Assembly: GCA_051652765.1 (NCBI GenBank)
Contig: JBOFUV010000104.1
Location: 1 to 11,170, forward strand
DNA: 11,170 nucleotides
From: Microcoleaceae cyanobacterium
GTDB taxonomy: Bacteria > Cyanobacteriota > Cyanobacteriia > Cyanobacteriales > Microcoleaceae
Reading direction: 5' to 3'
Positions 6,898 to 11,170 of the stretch are shown here, piece after piece. The translations under genes and the position numbers were made by a program. Every line of letters starts with the position of its first letter. Position 1 is the first letter of the stretch. The notes under the pieces were generated by a model. That model saw only the letters and a program-made list of their open reading frames with translations, searched no databases and was not told the origin of the DNA.

Positions 6898-8692
6898 TTT
6901 TTTTCTGCTCTGTAAAGTAAGTTTGAAAAACGGCTTGAGCAATTGGGGCAGCAGATACCGCGCCATAACCCCCTTCCTCCACTACCACAGCGATCGCAAT
7001 CTCGACTTTGTTGGCTGGGCCAAACCCGATATACATCGAGTTATCCGGTTTGCCTGGAATTTCCACCGTTCCGGTTTTGCCACCCGTGAGGGGAATAGCG
7101 CCATTATTCAGTTGTCGCCCTGTGCCTTTCCTGACCACATCGACTAGCCCTTCACGCACGGTTGCCAGGGTTTCTGGGCTGATCGCCGTCTTAACAGGTT
7201 GAGTGAGGGCTGTATCGGTCTGGGTCGCTAATAAATGAGGCTGCACCCGCCATCCGCCATTAGCAACAGTAGAAACCATCACCGCCAATTCTAAGGGAGT
7301 CACTAACACCATTCCCTGACCAATAGACATTGAAACCGTATCCCCCATATACCAGGGTTCTCCATACAACCGCTCCTTCTCCGCTGGAGTGGGAATTTGG
7401 CCGTGATTTGCCCCGTCAAGTCCCAGCAAATCCAGATTGATGCTGCCGCCAATGCCCAACTCTTTGCCCCAGCGAGCAATTTGATCTGCTCCCGTCCTCG
7501 TACCAATCTGGTAGAAGAAGGTATTACTGCTGTAGGCGATCGCCTCTCGAAAGCCAATCACCCCGTAGCCTGCACCATGTTCATGAAAGGAGATCCCGCC
7601 AATGGTAATCGCTGAGTAGGTGGGGAGGCGAGAGTCCGGGGAGAATTTGCCAGACTGCATTCCTGCCGTTGCCGTGACGACTTTAAAGGTGCTGCCGGGA
7701 GGATATCCCTGGACGGCTCGATTCAAGAGGGGATTGTGTTCACTTTGCAGTTGTTGCCATTGGGCAGACGTGAGCTGCTTGGTGAACCAGTTGGGATTGT
7801 AGGTCGGGTAGCTTACCAAGGCTAGAACTGCTCCAGTCCGGGCATTGAGCACTACCACTGCCCCCTTGCGATCGCCCAAAGCCTTTTCAGCCGTTTGTTG
7901 CAGGTTCAGGTCGAGGGTTAGGGATACGGACTCTCCGACAACGGGCGCTTGAATTCCCAATTCTTGAATTTCTTCGCCCCCGGCATTGACTTCAATCAAT
8001 TGGTTCCCCCAAACGCCATCTAGCTCAGGATTGGCTAGGCGCTCAACTCCAGTTTTACCGACCAGCATTCCCATCGGGTATTCAGGATTGGCGTTTAACT
8101 CTTCCAGGGTTGCTTCACCGATATACCCCAAGCTGTGAGCCGCTAGAGAACCCTGGGGATAGTGGCGATGGGGTTCGCTCCGGACTTCGATTCCCTGCCA
8201 ATCTCCTGCTTTTTCAGCTAAAGCGATAAAGGCTGCCGCACTAATCTCTCGACTGATGCGAACGGGGAGCTTAGAGTGATAGCCAATGGTATTCAGTTTG
8301 TTCAGAATTTCATCTGCTGGAAAGTCTAAAATTGGCTCAAGTTCTTTGGCGATCGCCTGCCATTCTTCTGGCGTATGTTCCCTGGGCCATAAATAAATAG
8401 ACCGAGAAAGCTGGTTTGTCGCCAGCACCTGACCCTTGCGATCCACCAATGGGCCTCGTTTTGCCGGAACTGGAACGAGTCGCAGTCGATTTGTCTCTGC
8501 CCACTGTCGATTGGATTCGCCCTGAACAAGCTGTAAGTTTGCAAGCTGAACACCATACAGCCCAGAGCAACTGCCCAAGAGGAGGAGCAAAGTAGTGCCT
8601 TTGTTCGAGCGACAACGCCGTTCTGTTTTTGCATCTGCTCCTGTTTCTGGCTTTAGCCGCCAACGAAAATCAAAAGGGGACTCTCCAAACAT
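6881..8692 (-). CDS. mrdA: Penicillin-binding protein 2 (class B PBP, peptidoglycan D,D-transpeptidase)
   Basis: N-terminal anchor, then LQLVQG...AETNRLR..P..RG..VDRKG, RHYPQG, GKTGVE and LTLDLNLQ. Active-site motifs PGSTFK (SxxK), YSSN (SxN) and GKTGT (KTG) are intact. ATG 8692 with a GGAG RBS is preferred over TTG 8758. Confidence 0.93.
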   Translation of the reverse strand: MFGESPFDFRWRLKPETGADAKTERRCRSNKGTTLLLLLGSCSGLYGVQLANLQLVQGESNRQWAETNRLRLVPVPAKRGPLVDRKGQVLATNQLSRSIYLWPREHTPEEWQAIAKELEPILDFPADEILNKLNTIGYHSKLPVRISREISAAAFIALAEKAGDWQGIEVRSEPHRHYPQGSLAAHSLGYIGEATLEELNANPEYPMGMLVGKTGVERLANPELDGVWGNQLIEVNAGGEEIQELGIQAPVVGESVSLTLDLNLQQTAEKALGDRKGAVVVLNARTGAVLALVSYPTYNPNWFTKQLTSAQWQQLQSEHNPLLNRAVQGYPPGSTFKVVTATAGMQSGKFSPDSRLPTYSAITIGGISFHEHGAGYGVIGFREAIAYSSNTFFYQIGTRTGADQIARWGKELGIGGSINLDLLGLDGANHGQIPTPAEKERLYGEPWYMGDTVSMSIGQGMVLVTPLELAVMVSTVANGGWRVQPHLLATQTDTALTQPVKTAISPETLATVREGLVDVVRKGTGRQLNNGAIPLTGGKTGTVEIPGKPDNSMYIGFGPANKVEIAIAVVVEEGGYGAVSAAPIAQAVFQTYFTEQKKIKNSP

Positions 8693-8695
8693 TAT

Positions 8696-8741
8696 TCCCG
8701 CTCCAACCCATCCTATGGAGTTTCCGTTGAGCAGAGCGGGA
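8696..8741 (-). promoter_or_regulatory. Stem-loop sequestering the mrdA Shine-Dalgarno sequence
   Basis: Minus strand reads TCCCGCTC-tgct-CAAC-ggaaact-CCAT-agg-ATGG-GTTG-GAGCGGGA-ata-ATG. Confidence 0.55.
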
Positions 8742-8762
8742 TTCAGGATAAAACTCAAAGAT

Positions 8763-8801
8763 ACTAAAAACCCCTCTCTTCCAAGGAGAAGGGCTTTTAG
8801 T
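8763..8801 (-). terminator. Intrinsic terminator downstream of the EF-G paralog
   Basis: Minus strand reads ACTAAAA-GCCCTTCTC-cttggaa-GAGAGGGGT-TTTTAGT. The mismatches resolve as G-U pairs on this strand and a U-run follows the stem. Confidence 0.75.
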
Positions 8802-8895
8802 GAGGGGCAGCAGCGATCAGATCCCGTTAGTTTCAGTCATCCATGCTTTAACCACGCTTCAACTTGTGAAAAATTGCCGCGCTGTTCAACTTGGT

Positions 8896-10980
8896 CTACT
8901 TCGCAGCCTGACGTTCCTTGGCTTCTTTGATTACTTCCTCTGCCACATTACTGGGGCAAGGGGCATAGTGGGAGAACTCCATGGAAAACTGACCTCGACC
9001 AGAAGTCATGGTTCGTAAGTCCCCAATGTAACCAAACATCTCGCTTAGGGGCGCATCTGCCTTGATGCGCGATCCAATGGGAGTTGAGTCTTGAGATTTG
9101 ATCATGCCTCGACGACGGTTCAGATCGCCAATTACATCGCCAACGTGATCATCGGGGGTAAACACATCGATCTTCATGATCGGCTCCAGCAACTGAGGGC
9201 CAGCCTTGGGGAATGTCTGTCGATAGGCTGCCCGTGCCGCAATTTCAAAGGCGAGGGCAGAAGAGTCAACGGCGTGATAGCCGCCGTCCGTTAGGGTTAC
9301 TTTCAAGTCTACACAAGGGAAACCCGCCAGTAGACCCTTGTCAATACTGCTCTCAAAACCCTTGTTGACCGCAGGAATATATTCCCTGGGGACATTTCCT
9401 CCAGTCACTTTAGACTCAAACTGGAAGCCACTTCCTGTTTCACCGGACTCAAGGATATAGTCAATCTTGGCATATTGACCTGAACCGCCGGATTGCTTCT
9501 TGTGGATGTAGGTGTCTGAAATCTGCCGGGTAATTGATTCCCGATAGGCCACTTGAGGTTTACCTACTTCTGCATCCACTCCATAGGTGCGCCGAAGAAT
9601 ATCCACTTTGATATCCAGATGCAGTTCGCCCATGCCCTTGATAATGACTTCGTTGCTTTCCTTGTCAGTTTCAACCCGGAAAGAGGGATCTTCTTGTACC
9701 ATTTTGCTCAGGGCCATTCCCATCTTCTCCATCGAGCCTTTGTCCTTCGGCTTGATCGCAATAGAAATTACAGGTTCAGGGAAGACCATGGGTTCCAGGG
9801 TTGCAGGATTTTTGGTGTCGCAGAGGGTGTGTCCAGTTTGAACATTCTTTAACCCGACGATTGCGATAATGTCTCCCGCTTGAGCGGATTCAACTTCTTC
9901 CCGGTTATTGGCGTGCATTTCAACCAAACGACCAATGCGCTCTGTTTTGCCGGTTGCGGTATTCAGGACGTTGTCACCCTTGGATAAGGTACCAGAATAA
10001 ATCCGGGTAAAGGTCAAGGCTCCATACTTGTCGTCCATGATCTTGAAGGCCAAGGCTCGCAGCGGTTTCTGCGGATCAACAAAGGCAAACCCTCCGGTTG
10101 CATTTCCTTCTAAATCAACTTCGGGCTGGGGCTTAACTTCCGTTGGGCTGGGCAGGTAGTCAATCACTGCATCTAGTACCAACTGCACACCTTTATTTTT
10201 GAAGGAAGATCCGCCGTAGGTTGGGAAGAACGCTAGGTCAAGGGTTCCCTTGCGAATACACCGCTTGAGGGTATCAATGTCGGGCTCTTCCCCTTCCAGA
10301 TAGCGTTCCATCACGTCATCATCGTGTTCAACTGCCATCTCAATCAGCTGTTCACGGTATTGCTCAACGTCATCCACCATATTGGCCGGAATATCTGTAA
10401 TCTCATAGTTCTCAGGCAGGCCGGAGTCATCCCAGATCCAGGCTTTGCGAGTCAGTAGGTCAACGACACCAACAAATTCGCCTTCGGTTCCAATGGGGAG
10501 TACCATCACTAATGGTTTGGCCCCAAGCACCTTATCAACCTGCTTGATCACCCGGTAAAAATCAGCGCCCATCCGATCTAGCTTATTGACGTAGATGATG
10601 CGAGCAACTTTAGAGTCGTTGGCATAGCGCCAGTTGGTTTCGGACTGAGGTTCAACACCACCAGAGCCGCAAAAAACCCCGATTCCACCATCTAGAACCT
10701 TGAGAGAACGATAGACCTCAATCGTGAAATCGACGTGACCTGGAGTATCAATGATGTTGAATTGGTGATCCTTCCAGAAACAGGTTGTCGCCGCAGACTG
10801 AATCGTGATTCCCCGCTCTTGCTCCTGTTCCATGAAGTCTGTTGTTGCTGCCCCTTCATGAACTTCACCAATTTTGTGAATTTTTCCAGTCAGTTTTAAG
10901 ATTCTCTCTGTGGTCGTGGTTTTGCCTGCATCTACGTGTGCGAAGATGCCGATGTTTCGATAAAGGGCGAGGTCTTTCAT
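8896..10980 (-). CDS. fusA: Elongation factor G, stand-alone paralog (Synechocystis Slr1463-like / gcEFG2-type), 694 aa
   Basis: [70 protein letters not shown] and LRTMTSGRG. The GIFAHVD/LKLTG/TTDFM variants and the absence of tuf downstream point to the copy outside the str operon. Confidence 0.96.
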   Translation of the reverse strand: MKDLALYRNIGIFAHVDAGKTTTTERILKLTGKIHKIGEVHEGAATTDFMEQEQERGITIQSAATTCFWKDHQFNIIDTPGHVDFTIEVYRSLKVLDGGIGVFCGSGGVEPQSETNWRYANDSKVARIIYVNKLDRMGADFYRVIKQVDKVLGAKPLVMVLPIGTEGEFVGVVDLLTRKAWIWDDSGLPENYEITDIPANMVDDVEQYREQLIEMAVEHDDDVMERYLEGEEPDIDTLKRCIRKGTLDLAFFPTYGGSSFKNKGVQLVLDAVIDYLPSPTEVKPQPEVDLEGNATGGFAFVDPQKPLRALAFKIMDDKYGALTFTRIYSGTLSKGDNVLNTATGKTERIGRLVEMHANNREEVESAQAGDIIAIVGLKNVQTGHTLCDTKNPATLEPMVFPEPVISIAIKPKDKGSMEKMGMALSKMVQEDPSFRVETDKESNEVIIKGMGELHLDIKVDILRRTYGVDAEVGKPQVAYRESITRQISDTYIHKKQSGGSGQYAKIDYILESGETGSGFQFESKVTGGNVPREYIPAVNKGFESSIDKGLLAGFPCVDLKVTLTDGGYHAVDSSALAFEIAARAAYRQTFPKAGPQLLEPIMKIDVFTPDDHVGDVIGDLNRRRGMIKSQDSTPIGSRIKADAPLSEMFGYIGDLRTMTSGRGQFSMEFSHYAPCPSNVAEEVIKEAKERQAAK

Positions 10981-11035
10981 ACTTGCTCTCTTGGTTAAGT
11001 GCTACAAACGGTTAGTAACTGCCTTCAGGGGGCTT

Positions 11036-11062
11036 CTAGAGAGAAATTTCACCTCCCTCTAG
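11036..11062 (-). promoter_or_regulatory. Hairpin in the EF-G upstream region
   Basis: Minus strand CTAGAGGGAGG-tgaaa-TTTCTCTCTAG, an 11-bp stem with 3 G-U pairs, 55 nt upstream of ATG 10980. Confidence 0.5.
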
Positions 11063-11170
11063 CATTGGATGAAGGAATCAGTTGAGATTTCCTGTGACTC
11101 GTCAGCTGCTTGCTCAATTTCAACATTCCAGAATCGGAGCTGAAATCTTGTTAATGCTTATAGCTATACT

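Larger units (their letters stand above)
987..8356. repeat. HIP1 octamer GCGATCGC, 8 dispersed copies
   Basis: Copies start at 987, 2790, 4922, 6806, 6990, 7536, 7868 and 8349 (counted by eye). Chance expectation in 11 kb is well under one copy. This is a hallmark of cyanobacterial genomes. Confidence 0.93.

Noticed and set aside
8693..8758. TTG-initiated N-terminal extension of PBP2
   Set aside because: It begins immediately after a terminator with no RBS, whereas ATG 8692 has GGAG at suitable spacing. Not fully excluded.
112..9852. Remaining short ORFs in the track nested in or antisense to the major genes
   Set aside because: They are shadow frames of well-supported CDSs, with no motifs or independent translation signals.
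2001..10980. typA and EF-G paralog as a functional translational-GTPase cluster
   Set aside because: They are 5 kb apart, separated by unrelated genes in both orientations and by a terminator. Without synteny evidence this is most likely coincidence.
8896..10980. EF-G paralog as a TetM/TetO ribosomal protection protein
   Set aside because: Despite the shared AHVDAGKTT, it is a full 694-aa EF-G with [11 protein letters not shown] and HAVDSS domain IV motifs.
8896..10980. Absence of HIP1 in the EF-G gene as evidence of horizontal transfer
   Set aside because: Only one or two sites are expected in 2 kb at the local density, so zero is not significant.

Overview
This is a cyanobacterial chromosomal window: it has 8 HIP1 octamers and cyanobacterial-type TypA and EF-G paralog sequences. 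Most of it is housekeeping. In order it holds the 3' part of an S8 subtilase, ispF, a lipoprotein with 11-residue repeats, typA/bipA, a secreted protein with a DUF1559/H-X9-DG-like C-terminus, an FAD-dependent monooxygenase, a divergent pair of very small genes, a stand-alone PBP2 (mrdA-like) and a stand-alone EF-G paralog. I see no CRISPR array, RNA gene or transposase. The best candidate for an undescribed system is the ~500 bp module at 6404-6897: a ribbon-helix-helix gene and a divergent unknown microprotein gene, separated by overlapping promoter-like elements with three GNNACTAT operator-like repeats. Other points of interest are a hairpin that buries the mrdA ribosome-binding site, a ~105 bp MITE-like element, a repeated TTAAGATTA motif, a 15-bp tandem repeat after ispF and a conserved redox Cys pair in the EF-G paralog. 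All calls come from reading the sequence by eye and from recalled family motifs; no searches were run.
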